Part shown: positions 8,791 to 17,440 of the stretch, one piece after another
Layout of the letters: each line of letters opens with the position of its first letter
Position numbering within the stretch: the stretch's first letter is position 1
NCBI GenBank assembly: GCA_900548005.1
Contig: URIZ01000001.1
Location: 93,756-157,755, forward strand
Direction: 5' to 3'
From: an uncultured Eubacteriales bacterium
GTDB taxonomy: Bacteria; Bacillota; Clostridia; Christensenellales; CAG-917
Length of the DNA stretch: 64,000 bases
Program-made: the position numbers and the translations under genes
Notes under the pieces: model-generated
What the model was told of the DNA's origin: nothing
Database searches by the model: none
Seen by the model: only the letters and a program-made list of their open reading frames with translations

Positions 8791-10396
8791 ACCCAAAATT
8801 ACGATTATCCCAGCCAAGACGAGAGTCGAACGACTTGACCCTTTGTCAATAGCGATGGGGCAAAAGCCAAAAATACGAGTGGCTGCATACGCACGCGTGT
8901 CGACCGATCACGAAGAACAGGAGAGCAGTTACGAGGCACAGGTAGACCACTTCACCAAACTCATAGCAAGCCATGATGATTGGACGATGGTTGACATTTA
9001 TGCCGACCCCGGCTTGAGTGGCAAGAATACCAAGCGAGTGCAGTTCAAACGAATGATAAAGGACTGCGAAGACGGAAAGATAGACCTTATAATTACGAAA
9101 TCGGTCAGCCGATTCGCAAGGAACACGCTCGACTGCGTACAGACCGCAAGAAAATTGAAAGCGGATGGTATCGGAATCATATTTGAGAAAGAAAACCTTG
9201 ACACGCTACAAGAGCGGAGCGAGTTCGTTCTTACGATAATGGCAAGCCTTGCGGAAGAAGAAAGTCGGAGCATATCCAATAATATAAGGTGGAGCGTCAA
9301 GAAAAAGTTCCAAGAGGGTAAGGTGATCCTTAACACGAAACACTTCCTTGGATACACGAGAGACAAGAAGGGAACGGTGCTGAAAATCGTGCCAGAAGAG
9401 GCAATAACGGTTAGAAGGATATATGCGGAGTTCCTTGACGGTAAAAGTCTGAAAGAAATCGCTGAAGGACTTGAGCGAGATGGTATAGCATCGCCGTCAG
9501 GCAGAGAAACATGGCATCCTTCCACGGTGAAGTCGATACTGCAAAATGAAAAGTACAAGGGCGATTGCCACCTGCAAAAAACATACCTTCCAGACTTTCT
9601 ATCCCCAAGGCGAATTAAAAACGAAGGATTCGCGCAGAGCTGGTATGTGGAAGATAGCCATGCGGCTATCATATCGAAAGAGACATTCGACATGGTACAG
9701 CAAGAGTTCCAAAACAGGCAGTCGCTACGAAGTACAGGTGAAACGGGATGCGGAAAGTTTTCAGGTAAATATCCGTTCAGCGGAATGATAGTATGCGGCG
9801 AATGCGGGGAAACCTACCGAAGACACCAACAGTACAACAAATATAAGAAGTACTACATATGGGTGTGCAAAAGACACGAAAACACAGGAGCTGAATACTG
9901 CAAGAGTCGACCTATCAAGGAAGAAGCCCTTGAGAAAGCGTTTGTAAGGGCATTGAATGAACTTATAGGAGACAAGGAACGAATACTTGAAAAACTGCAA
10001 AGTGCGACCGTGAGCGAAATAACGGACTCCTGTGCGACAGCGATAAATGAAGTGAATGCCGAGATAGAAAAGCTACAAGAGCAGATGATGGAACTGCTGA
10101 TGAAAAGGAACAACGGAGAGATTACCGATAAAGAATATGAACAGCAAAGTCAGCAGGTCGGAATGCAAATAGACCAACTGCTTATGAGAAAAGAAGAGAT
10201 ACTGTCCGAGCAAGGAAAAGTCCAACTCGCGTCGTACCGAATCGAAGAAGTGACCAAACTACTACAGACAGGAAAGATACTTGAAGAGTTTGATCGAGTG
10301 ATGTTCAAAAGCCTTGTGCGGAAAATCACTGTGCTGTCCAACAAGGAAATCGAAATCGAGTTCGAGTGCGGAATAACGGTAAGAGAAACTTTATAA
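8762..10396 (+). CDS. Large serine recombinase (544 aa), overlapping the upstream recombinase by 29 nt
   Basis: ATG at 8762 lies 7 nt after GGGAGGG; the track's Met at 8717 has no ribosome-binding site. Motifs: RVAAYARVSTDHEEQ, KSVSRFARNTLD, zinc ribbon GMIVCGECGETYRRH...WVCKRH, and a long coiled-coil tail. Confidence 0.9.
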   Translation: MSMENCANTKPKITIIPAKTRVERLDPLSIAMGQKPKIRVAAYARVSTDHEEQESSYEAQVDHFTKLIASHDDWTMVDIYADPGLSGKNTKRVQFKRMIKDCEDGKIDLIITKSVSRFARNTLDCVQTARKLKADGIGIIFEKENLDTLQERSEFVLTIMASLAEEESRSISNNIRWSVKKKFQEGKVILNTKHFLGYTRDKKGTVLKIVPEEAITVRRIYAEFLDGKSLKEIAEGLERDGIASPSGRETWHPSTVKSILQNEKYKGDCHLQKTYLPDFLSPRRIKNEGFAQSWYVEDSHAAIISKETFDMVQQEFQNRQSLRSTGETGCGKFSGKYPFSGMIVCGECGETYRRHQQYNKYKKYYIWVCKRHENTGAEYCKSRPIKEEALEKAFVRALNELIGDKERILEKLQSATVSEITDSCATAINEVNAEIEKLQEQMMELLMKRNNGEITDKEYEQQSQQVGMQIDQLLMRKEEILSEQGKVQLASYRIEEVTKLLQTGKILEEFDRVMFKSLVRKITVLSNKEIEIEFECGITVRETL

Positions 10397-10402
10397 GCAA
10401 AC

Positions 10403-10441
10403 GACCGACTGTGTTCATAAGAGTGTGGTCGGTCATTTTTT
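10403..10441 (+). terminator. Terminator after the recombinase pair
   Basis: GACCGAC...GTCGGTC stem followed by ATTTTTT. The loop is large (18 nt), with possible G-U extensions of the stem. Confidence 0.55.
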
Positions 10442-10620
10442 CGTTGATTAAGACAGAAGAAATCATACGCTCCTTATCGTGCAAAAATCCTTTTTGTGCA
10501 ATCGTTAAAGGCTTGCGACTTTCCAAAGCGAGTGAAGAACAAATCCCCACGGCGATGAGCGAAGAAACAACAAAAAGGGTAAACTACCATAAAAACGGCA
10601 ATTTACCCTTGTTTTACATA

Positions 10621-10670
10621 GAAAAAGACACACGCGTCGGAGTTTTATACGCTCCTTTTGCGTGTGTCTT
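10621..10670 (-). terminator. Terminator downstream of tRNA-Ala (minus strand)
   Basis: AAGACACACGC/GCGTGTGTCTT 11-bp stem with an inner CGGAG/CTCC pairing. The T-run on the minus strand is the complement of GAAAAA at 10621-10626. Confidence 0.7.
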
Positions 10671-10672
10671 GA

Positions 10673-10748
10673 TGGTGGAGACAAGGGGATTCGAACCCCT
10701 GGCCTTTTGAATGCCATTCAAACGCGCTACCAACTGCGCCATGCCCCC
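10673..10748 (-). tRNA. tRNA-Ala (anticodon GGC)
   Basis: The reverse complement folds as a cloverleaf: acceptor GGGGGCA/UGUCUCC with G3-U70, D stem GCGC/GCGC, anticodon stem UUUGA/UCAAA with loop AU-GGC-AU, variable loop AGGCC, T arm AGGGG-UUCGAAU-CCCCU, discriminator A, and encoded CCA. Length 76 nt. Confidence 0.95.
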
Positions 10749-10972
10749 ATGGATTTTGATTGCTTGATTATATTACATCATTTTTGAAAGATATACAAGC
10801 ATTTTTGATGATTTTGGTGGGGCGGGGCTGATTTTTCTACATAAACGTGCAAATTGTATGCTTAAAATATTTTAAGAATTGGGTTTTATGGTTGATTGTT
10901 TAGGAAAATGCTGTTAGAATAGAGACATAGCGTAGTTTTTGCGACGCTAAATAAAAGAAACGTGGTGAAATT

Positions 10973-12880
10973 ATGAGTGGAAATTCCGCACCTGAGAAGG
11001 TCGGAGCAAAGCAAAAGATCAATGGCTTTGTTCACAAACTTTTCGGTTCTACCCCCGGTGACGGCGAATTGCAACCAAAAGAAGGTTTCAGCTATTCGCT
11101 TTGCGGTTTCGGACAGAACCTTATCTGCACTATCATCGGATCGTATTTGACAGTCTTTATGACGGACGCAATCGGCTTCAACGCATTAGCGGTTGCGATT
11201 CTTATGTTGGCCGCGCGCGTATACGACGCACTCAACGACCCGATCATGGGCTCTATCGTTGACAGAACGCGCACGAAGTGGGGCAAATGCCGCCCGTACA
11301 TGAAGTGGATGGCGTTCCCGATTGCCGCGATGACGGCGATATGCTTCCTGCCGTGGTATCCAAACAACGACGGCGGTTTTGCGGCACTTTCCGTTATGTA
11401 CATAATTTGGGGTATGGTTTACACGGTTGCGGACGTTCCGTATTGGGGACTTTCCACCGCAATGAGCAACGACACGTATCGCAGGGGCAACTTGCTCACG
11501 ATTGCGCGTTTGTTCTGCACGGCGGGCGCAGGTCTTATCACCGTTTTCACCCCGATCATCACTCAAGCAGTCACCGCAACGGACAATGCAACCGTCACGG
11601 CAGTGCAAACTCTTATGAACACCATGAACGGCTCGGAAGTCGTTGCAGGCAACGCGGCGTTCTTTGAGATGTTCAGAGGCATTGAAAACGTTGGCGCGCT
11701 CATCCAAACTCAAACGGACAAGTATCAAGACGTGCTTGCTCTCTTCCAAGGCGCAAACATCGACATCAATCAAAGCGGTGCGGCTCTTCTCGAATTGAAG
11801 GCAACGGCAAGCGCAAGCATGATGGGCGATTTGAGATGGACATACTTCATCATCGCACTCGTTTGCTGCGCAGTGGCAGTTCCGCTTTTCTTCCTTGGCT
11901 TCAAGAACACCACCGAGAGAAACATCACAACGGAAAATCCGCCGTCTTTGGGACACAATCTCAAGCTTTTGTTCAAGAACAAACCGCTTATGCTCATCGT
12001 TTTGTCGGGTATCGGTGGCGCGGCGAGAATGTTGTTCACCTACACGGGCGGTCTCTACTTTGCAAAATATATCATGAACAGAGAAGCAATGTACGCTCTC
12101 TTCACTATGGCAATCGTCCCGGGCGGACTTATCGCGTCCTTGCTTGTGCCTTGGTGCACCAAGAAGTTTGGCAAAAAGAACACGTACATTTGGTCGCACG
12201 TGGTCGGCGGCGTGGCAATGCTCGTGGCGTTTATCGTTGGTATTGCGGCGGATAGAGGCAACTACACCAGCACCGCAACGACTGTCGTTCTTCTTATCGC
12301 GCTTGTCATCGCAGGCATTCCGTCCGGATTTGGCAACATCATCACCTACGCAATGATCGGCGACACCGTCGAATATCTCGAACTCAAGACCGGCGAAAGA
12401 GCGGAAGGCATCTGCTTTGCAATGCAAACGCTCATCAACAAAATCGGTATGGCAGTCGGCGCATTCGTGGGCGTGCTTGCATACTACATGGCAGGCGTCG
12501 AAGCGGGCAACGCAAGCGCAGTCACTCCGCAAGGCAAAGACACGATGTGGTTTATGCTTGTCGGCATCGCGGCAATCAGCTTCTTCTTGACGGTCATCCC
12601 GCTCTTCTTCTACAAGTTCAATGAAAAAGAGCAACAAGCGGCTGTTGCAGAGATTAAGAAGAGAAAGATCGCAAACGGAGAGCTCAGCCAAGACGAGATC
12701 GAGCTCGAAGAAGAAGACGGCGCACCGCTACCTTTGTTCCCCAACGAAGACAATCAAGCCGTCGCAGTCGACAACGAGAGCAAACACGGCGCAATCGAAG
12801 ACGACAACAAAGCCCTTGACGTTGCAACAAAAGACGATCCCGAGCAATCGGACGAAAGCGATGAAAAAGACGAAAAATAA
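10973..12880 (+). CDS. GPH-family (MelB/GusB-like) glycoside-pentoside-hexuronide:cation symporter, with a long central loop and an acidic C-terminal tail
   Basis: MFS/GPH hallmarks: LTVFMTDAIGF, RVYDALNDPIMGSIVDRTRTKWGKCRPY, and about 12 TM segments. The last ~85 aa are Asp/Glu-rich. Confidence 0.8.
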   Translation: MSGNSAPEKVGAKQKINGFVHKLFGSTPGDGELQPKEGFSYSLCGFGQNLICTIIGSYLTVFMTDAIGFNALAVAILMLAARVYDALNDPIMGSIVDRTRTKWGKCRPYMKWMAFPIAAMTAICFLPWYPNNDGGFAALSVMYIIWGMVYTVADVPYWGLSTAMSNDTYRRGNLLTIARLFCTAGAGLITVFTPIITQAVTATDNATVTAVQTLMNTMNGSEVVAGNAAFFEMFRGIENVGALIQTQTDKYQDVLALFQGANIDINQSGAALLELKATASASMMGDLRWTYFIIALVCCAVAVPLFFLGFKNTTERNITTENPPSLGHNLKLLFKNKPLMLIVLSGIGGAARMLFTYTGGLYFAKYIMNREAMYALFTMAIVPGGLIASLLVPWCTKKFGKKNTYIWSHVVGGVAMLVAFIVGIAADRGNYTSTATTVVLLIALVIAGIPSGFGNIITYAMIGDTVEYLELKTGERAEGICFAMQTLINKIGMAVGAFVGVLAYYMAGVEAGNASAVTPQGKDTMWFMLVGIAAISFFLTVIPLFFYKFNEKEQQAAVAEIKKRKIANGELSQDEIELEEEDGAPLPLFPNEDNQAVAVDNESKHGAIEDDNKALDVATKDDPEQSDESDEKDEK

Positions 12881-12905
12881 CAAATAATATTTGTTGAAAA
12901 CCGTG

Positions 12906-12936
12906 AAAGCGAGATGCAAAACGCATCTCGCTTTTT
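12906..12936 (+). terminator. Rho-independent terminator
   Basis: GCGAGATGC-AAAAC-GCATCTCGC followed by TTTTT. Confidence 0.8.
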
Positions 12937-13149
12937 CTATGTCGGGCTATAAAATAAGAGATGTAAGGGAGCGGTCGGCATGGCTTTTTTGCGGCGCGGC
13001 GAACACGGTGAAGAATAAGTGAAAAGCATTTTGCATATAAAAATGTGTGATATTGCGTGATTTTGATTAAAGATAGGGGATATTGCAGGCAAAATGCGTG
13101 GATTATCTATACAAATGTGCCGTTTTTGATTGATTTTGTTAACTTGTTA

Positions 13150-13178
13150 TTGAAATTGCGCAACACGTATGGTAAAAT
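13150..13178 (+). promoter_or_regulatory. Sigma-A-type promoter, possibly giving a leaderless marR transcript
   Basis: TTGAAA, a 17-nt spacer, then TAAAAT. The -10 ends 6 nt before the ATG at 13185, and there is no Shine-Dalgarno sequence. GTTAAC and TTGCGCAA palindromes overlap the promoter. Confidence 0.45.
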
Positions 13179-13184
13179 AAATAT

Positions 13185-13619
13185 ATGGATCTTAAAAATA
13201 CAGCAAATTATTTTGTCGCATTCAGAAAACTTCTTCGCTCCTACACAGACTACCAAATGCGTGAATTGAAAGATTATGATTTGTCTCCGAACGAGATTGT
13301 CGTTCTTTCAAGCATAGGAAATGTGGAGCTGGCAAGCGAGATTGCAGAGAATGCGTGCGTATCAAAGGCGCTCGTTTCGCGCAGCGTAAAACAGCTCAAA
13401 GACAAGGGGCTTATTACGGCAACCATTTCCACGGTGGACAAGCGAGAGCAGATGCTCAAACTCACCAAAGAAGGGGAGCAGGTCGCAGAGCGCATCGCCG
13501 ATGCAAATCACAAATTTTATACTGTGGCTTTCAAGCGATTTGAAGACAACGAAAAACGCGTTTTGCAAGCGTTGCTCGGGCTTATGCTTCAAAACCTCGA
13601 GAGCGAGGACGGGGGATGA
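13185..13619 (+). CDS. MarR-family transcriptional regulator
   Basis: Size of 144 aa and a winged-helix pattern (LSPNEIVVLSSIG...EIAENACVSKALVSRSVKQLKDKGLI...DKREQMLKLTKEG). Confidence 0.8.
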   Translation: MDLKNTANYFVAFRKLLRSYTDYQMRELKDYDLSPNEIVVLSSIGNVELASEIAENACVSKALVSRSVKQLKDKGLITATISTVDKREQMLKLTKEGEQVAERIADANHKFYTVAFKRFEDNEKRVLQALLGLMLQNLESEDGG

Positions 13620-14836
13620 AAACACTCATCGATCAAAAACAAAATGTTGCAAGACGTTCGGTTGAGAACATCAGATACGTTGCCGACAACTTCGGCGAAC
13701 GTGACGCGGGGAGCGTTGGGGAGAAACGCACGACTGACTTTTACACTTCGAGACTTCAAGATGCGTGCGATTTGATACAATCCGAAAGTTTCGACGTCTA
13801 TCCCGACGCGTATACGGGCTGGACGTACATCGTGGGTACGCTTTCTATACTTGCTTTGGTTTCTTATTTCTTTTCCGCGATGGTGTCACTGTTGCTGGTC
13901 TTGATTTCGCTCACGGTGTTTATCGTGCAATTCGTGCTGGGCAAAAGATTTCTCGATCCATTGTACAAAAAGGCGCAATCGCAAAACGTCACCGCACTCA
14001 AAAAGAGCGAAAATCAGCCAAAATGCAGGGTTTATTTCATCTCGTCCGTGGACGCGGCAAAAGAATGGACGCTCATAAGGCGATTGGGCGGCACTATGCT
14101 GACCATTCTCACGTGCGCGGTTTTTGCGGGGCTTGTGTACATCCTTGCAATCGACATCGCGCGCTGGGCAATCGTGGGCGAATTGGGCGCAAAGATAGCG
14201 ACGGGTGATATGCTTGTTGCAGGCTACGTCGCAATTGCGTTTGCTCCGTGTTTTCTTGCGCTGTTCTTCTTTGTCAATCCGCGCAAAACCGTTGAAGGTG
14301 CAAACGAGAATCTCAGCGGCTGTGAAACCGCGCTTGCAATCCTTGAAGAGATGAAAGCGCAGGGCAAGACGCTCAAAGACGTGGAAGTGGGCGTGATATT
14401 GACGGGCAGCGAGCAAGCAGGGCTTCGCGGCGCAAAGCATTGGTGCGATATGCATGCAAATGAAAACAAGGATATTCCCACATATTTCGTGCATCTGGGG
14501 GTTCTCAAAGAGCCAAAGTGCATCTGCATCAACACTCACGAGCGTTGCGGCTTGACAAAAGCGGACAAAACGCTTGCCGACATGCTTGTAAGTTGCGCAA
14601 ACGACGCAAACATCAAGTGCAAGAAGTCAAGGCTCGGTTTGTTTGGCACAACGGACGCGTCCGCAATGAGCGAGCGCGGCTTGAAGAGTGTGAGCATCAC
14701 GGGCTTTGACGGCGCAAAATGCCCCGAATATTTGCACACGAGATACGACACTGCCGACAACACGAGCGAATTTTGCATAGCCAACGCGTTTGAGATGTGT
14801 TGCTTGCTTTTGGACAAGTTGGACTGTGGCGAGTGA
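13616..14836 (+). CDS. M28-peptidase-like integral membrane protein with a divergent metal site
   Basis: ATGA overlap with marR. M28-like blocks are present (GERDAGSVGEKRT, GANENLSGCETALAILEEMK, GSEQAGLRGAKHW, EYLHTRYDTADN), interrupted by about 4 TM helices. Confidence 0.6.
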   Translation: MKTLIDQKQNVARRSVENIRYVADNFGERDAGSVGEKRTTDFYTSRLQDACDLIQSESFDVYPDAYTGWTYIVGTLSILALVSYFFSAMVSLLLVLISLTVFIVQFVLGKRFLDPLYKKAQSQNVTALKKSENQPKCRVYFISSVDAAKEWTLIRRLGGTMLTILTCAVFAGLVYILAIDIARWAIVGELGAKIATGDMLVAGYVAIAFAPCFLALFFFVNPRKTVEGANENLSGCETALAILEEMKAQGKTLKDVEVGVILTGSEQAGLRGAKHWCDMHANENKDIPTYFVHLGVLKEPKCICINTHERCGLTKADKTLADMLVSCANDANIKCKKSRLGLFGTTDASAMSERGLKSVSITGFDGAKCPEYLHTRYDTADNTSEFCIANAFEMCCLLLDKLDCGE

Positions 14837-15021
14837 GGCAATTTGCGGCGGCGATAAAGGCTTTAATCGATTTGCGGCTTGACAAAACCGCAATAGGTTG
14901 TAAAGAACGATACGGTGTGCAACAGCCGTAAAGAACGGCAAAAGGACGCAATATTCGGGGCATCGCAATATTCAAAAGAATATTGATTTGTTAGAACTTA
15001 TAAATATATATAATATAAAAG

Positions 15022-15048
15022 AAAAGCGGCGCGCCGCTTTTTCTTTTT
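15022..15048. terminator. Bidirectional terminator
   Basis: Perfect palindrome AAAAGCGGCG/CGCCGCTTTT flanked by A-runs and T-runs. Confidence 0.75.
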
Positions 15049-15169
15049 GTCGTGTTTTTATGAAATCTTTTGCGGTGTGAAAAATAATTCTTTTCATCGG
15101 CTTTTGCGTATGATACAATATATGTGTCGGCAAGATGCCGCGCACTCAACATAAAAGTAGGGCAGAAAA

Positions 15170-16078
15170 ATGAAAGTTTTGAAAGGTGTATTGTTCACGT
15201 TGCTTGCGATTGTGCTGATTTTGGTGATCGCTTTTGTGGTGGTCATCAATCTCACGCCAAGACAACTCGGCGCGCAGAATGTGAAAATCGATGGCAAAAC
15301 CATTGAAGAAATGGGCATTGCCGACACGAAAATCATCAATATTTACAAGAGTATAAAGTCGCTCTCCGCGGCAAAGGAAGACAAGATCGTCACCAACAAG
15401 TTTGACGAAACCGCCGAAAAGGACAAGTCGCAAGACAATTTTTCGGGCAGTTCGCTTGAAAACAAGGACGATTATTCATCCATAATCACCGATCCCGTTA
15501 TTTACGACACGAAAAAGATCGTGGAATACGACGACGTGACAATCGCCTACATCTTCAACAACGTGGTGCAAAACGCATCCGAAAGCAGTTCCGAGGCGAT
15601 CAAGGCTCTCAGAAATGCGAAGATTCAAATCAAGGAACTCACCATTTCTCTTGACGGAGAGAAGGGCAGGATGCGCATAGTGTCGCTTGTGGAGCTTGGT
15701 GAATACAAGGCGGAGATAGAAAACGCACTCGGCGCGGCAAAGGGACTTTTCAAAGTGCCGGACAAGGTGTTTATCGTCAGCGAGATTTCCTTCACGGTGG
15801 ACGGGACAAACGGCAAAATGGTGACAACGGGCGAGAGCGTGTACATCAACGACGGCAAGGACGATCCCGTCACCAAGGCGATTCTCGGCGTTGTAATGAG
15901 CAAGGTTGAAGGCATAAACAGCGTTGACGATCTCAACGACAAGGTGGGTGAAGCGGTGAGCGAAGTCATCTTCAATCTCGGCGGAATCGGCAGCGTTGCG
16001 ATGGACGAGAACATATACGTTTACGGAATGAGCGGAGTGAAAGACCATAAACTCATTCTCGTAACGCACGTAAAATGA
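15170..16078 (+). CDS. Hypothetical membrane-anchored protein (302 aa)
   Basis: N-terminal TM helix (VLFTLLAIVLILVIAFVVVI) followed by a soluble domain. No motif recognised. Confidence 0.6.
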   Translation: MKVLKGVLFTLLAIVLILVIAFVVVINLTPRQLGAQNVKIDGKTIEEMGIADTKIINIYKSIKSLSAAKEDKIVTNKFDETAEKDKSQDNFSGSSLENKDDYSSIITDPVIYDTKKIVEYDDVTIAYIFNNVVQNASESSSEAIKALRNAKIQIKELTISLDGEKGRMRIVSLVELGEYKAEIENALGAAKGLFKVPDKVFIVSEISFTVDGTNGKMVTTGESVYINDGKDDPVTKAILGVVMSKVEGINSVDDLNDKVGEAVSEVIFNLGGIGSVAMDENIYVYGMSGVKDHKLILVTHVK

Positions 16079-16132
16079 GAAAAGCAACAGGGATGTATCT
16101 CGACCGGTGAGATATTTCAAAAGGGGATAATT

Positions 16133-17440
16133 ATGAAAATAGTATTTATCGGCGCAGGGATGGCTTCGCTCGTTGCAAGCGAAAGACTTGCAAGAGCGGG
16201 CTTTGACGTATCGGTTTACGAAAAGCAGACCTACGACACACTCTCGTACGACTGGCACGATGACGTAAATCGCGACGCTTTCGATATGTTCTCTCTTCCG
16301 CTTCCGAAAGAAGGTACGTATTTTACGAAACGCAACTGGACGTTCGTTCCGCCGGCTGAGCGTATAGAAGTCAATCTCAATTTGCCAAAAGAGCAACTTG
16401 ACTGGTCAACGGAAAGAAGATTGCTTGCACAGCAATACGTTGACAGAGCAAAGGACGTCGTCGATTTTCACTTCGATGCAAAGGTTGACGCGCTTATCGT
16501 CGAAAGCGGCAAGGTGAAAGGAATCGTCGTCGGCGGAGAAAAAATATATGCCGACTTGGTGGTTGACAATTCGGGCGCACTGTCTCCGTTCAGAGCAATG
16601 CTTCCCGACGCCGCACATATCACGAAAACGCCGAATGAGAACGAAATATTCGTTGCCTATCGCGCGTTCTACAAAAAAGCGGAAGGCGTTGAAGATCCCA
16701 AAAACACCAACAGGGCGTATCTCAAACATCTCGGAGAAGAAGGCATAAGTTGGAGCATAATCGACCCGGCAGGCACGGTCAACGTGCTTATAGGAAGAGC
16801 AGGCAAATTGCCAAAAGAGACGTTTGATAATGCATTATCTGCACTTAAACGCTCGAATCCGATAATCGGTGACGAAATCGTGCGTGGCGGAATCAACTGC
16901 GTTATCCCCATAAGATACCCGCTCACGAGAATGGTTGCGGACGGATACGTCGCAATCGGTGACGCGGCGTTTATGACGATTCCGATGATTGGAAGCGGAA
17001 TCGAAAACTCTATGAAAGCGGCGTGTATTCTTGCCGATACGATTATAGAAAGCCACTCGGTGGACAAGAAAGACCTTTGGAAATATCAGGTGAAATACTA
17101 TCGTTTGCGCGGTGCGGACCACGTGGGAGTGGACGTGCTCAAACGCTGGCTTCTCGGTGCAAAACCGTCGGACCTTGATTGGTTGTTTGAAAAGGGAGTC
17201 GTTGACGACGGCAATATGGCGGCAGGCGCAACGGGCAGACTTATCGTGCTTTCGCCCAAAGATTTGGTGCAGAAAGTCGTGCGAGGATATACGAGACTTC
17301 CGCTTCTTCTCAAAATGAACTCCATGCTGATGCGCTCCAAAAAAGCCGCAAAAATCGCAAAGCGCATCCCGGAAGAGTATGACGAAAACAAGATTGCGAA
17401 GTGGGAAACGAAAATCGAAAAACTCGTTTATCACAAATGA
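16133..17440 (+). CDS. FAD/NAD(P)-binding oxidoreductase (geranylgeranyl-reductase/CrtI-like fold)
   Basis: N-terminal Rossmann motif KIVFIGAGMASLVASERLARAGFDVSVYEK and a later GDAAFMTIPMIGSGI block. GGGG ribosome-binding site. Confidence 0.7.
   Translation: MKIVFIGAGMASLVASERLARAGFDVSVYEKQTYDTLSYDWHDDVNRDAFDMFSLPLPKEGTYFTKRNWTFVPPAERIEVNLNLPKEQLDWSTERRLLAQQYVDRAKDVVDFHFDAKVDALIVESGKVKGIVVGGEKIYADLVVDNSGALSPFRAMLPDAAHITKTPNENEIFVAYRAFYKKAEGVEDPKNTNRAYLKHLGEEGISWSIIDPAGTVNVLIGRAGKLPKETFDNALSALKRSNPIIGDEIVRGGINCVIPIRYPLTRMVADGYVAIGDAAFMTIPMIGSGIENSMKAACILADTIIESHSVDKKDLWKYQVKYYRLRGADHVGVDVLKRWLLGAKPSDLDWLFEKGVVDDGNMAAGATGRLIVLSPKDLVQKVVRGYTRLPLLLKMNSMLMRSKKAAKIAKRIPEEYDENKIAKWETKIEKLVYHK

Larger units (their letters stand above)
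1..10441 (+). mobile_element. Right-hand part of a siphovirus-like prophage (tail tip, fibres, holin, two large serine recombinases). The left boundary lies outside the window.
   Basis: Unbroken same-strand run of tape-measure, tail-tip, fibre, holin and recombinase ORFs with tight spacing or overlaps. It ends at a hairpin plus T-run about 230 nt before a tRNA-Ala. Host-type genes begin at 10.9 kb. Confidence 0.8.

Noticed and set aside
10366-10710. ORFs 10366-10710 (+), 10326-10550 (-) and 10505-10717 (-) in the prophage/tRNA spacer.
   Set aside because: They overlap the tRNA-Ala gene, its terminators or the recombinase 3' end. They lack ribosome-binding sites and give implausible peptides.
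10824-10840. GGGGCTGATTTTTC, which resembles the 5' end of tmRNA (GGGGCUGAUUCUGGAUUCGAC).
   Set aside because: The similarity stops after 9 nt. There is no GGATTCGAC, no tag reading frame, and no T-arm or CCA end downstream.
11186-12691. Very long antisense ORFs mirroring real genes: 11186-12691 (501 aa), 36062-37696 (544 aa), 49393-50649 (418 aa), 51911-53437 (508 aa), 15476-16396, 20967-21974, 46319-47302 and 58321-59160.
   Set aside because: Each lies entirely inside a confidently identified gene on the other strand (MFS transporter, typA, pgk, gpmI and others). Their translations are Arg/His/Cys/Val-rich low-complexity strings with no ribosome-binding site or motifs. These are classic shadow ORFs caused by sense-strand codon bias.
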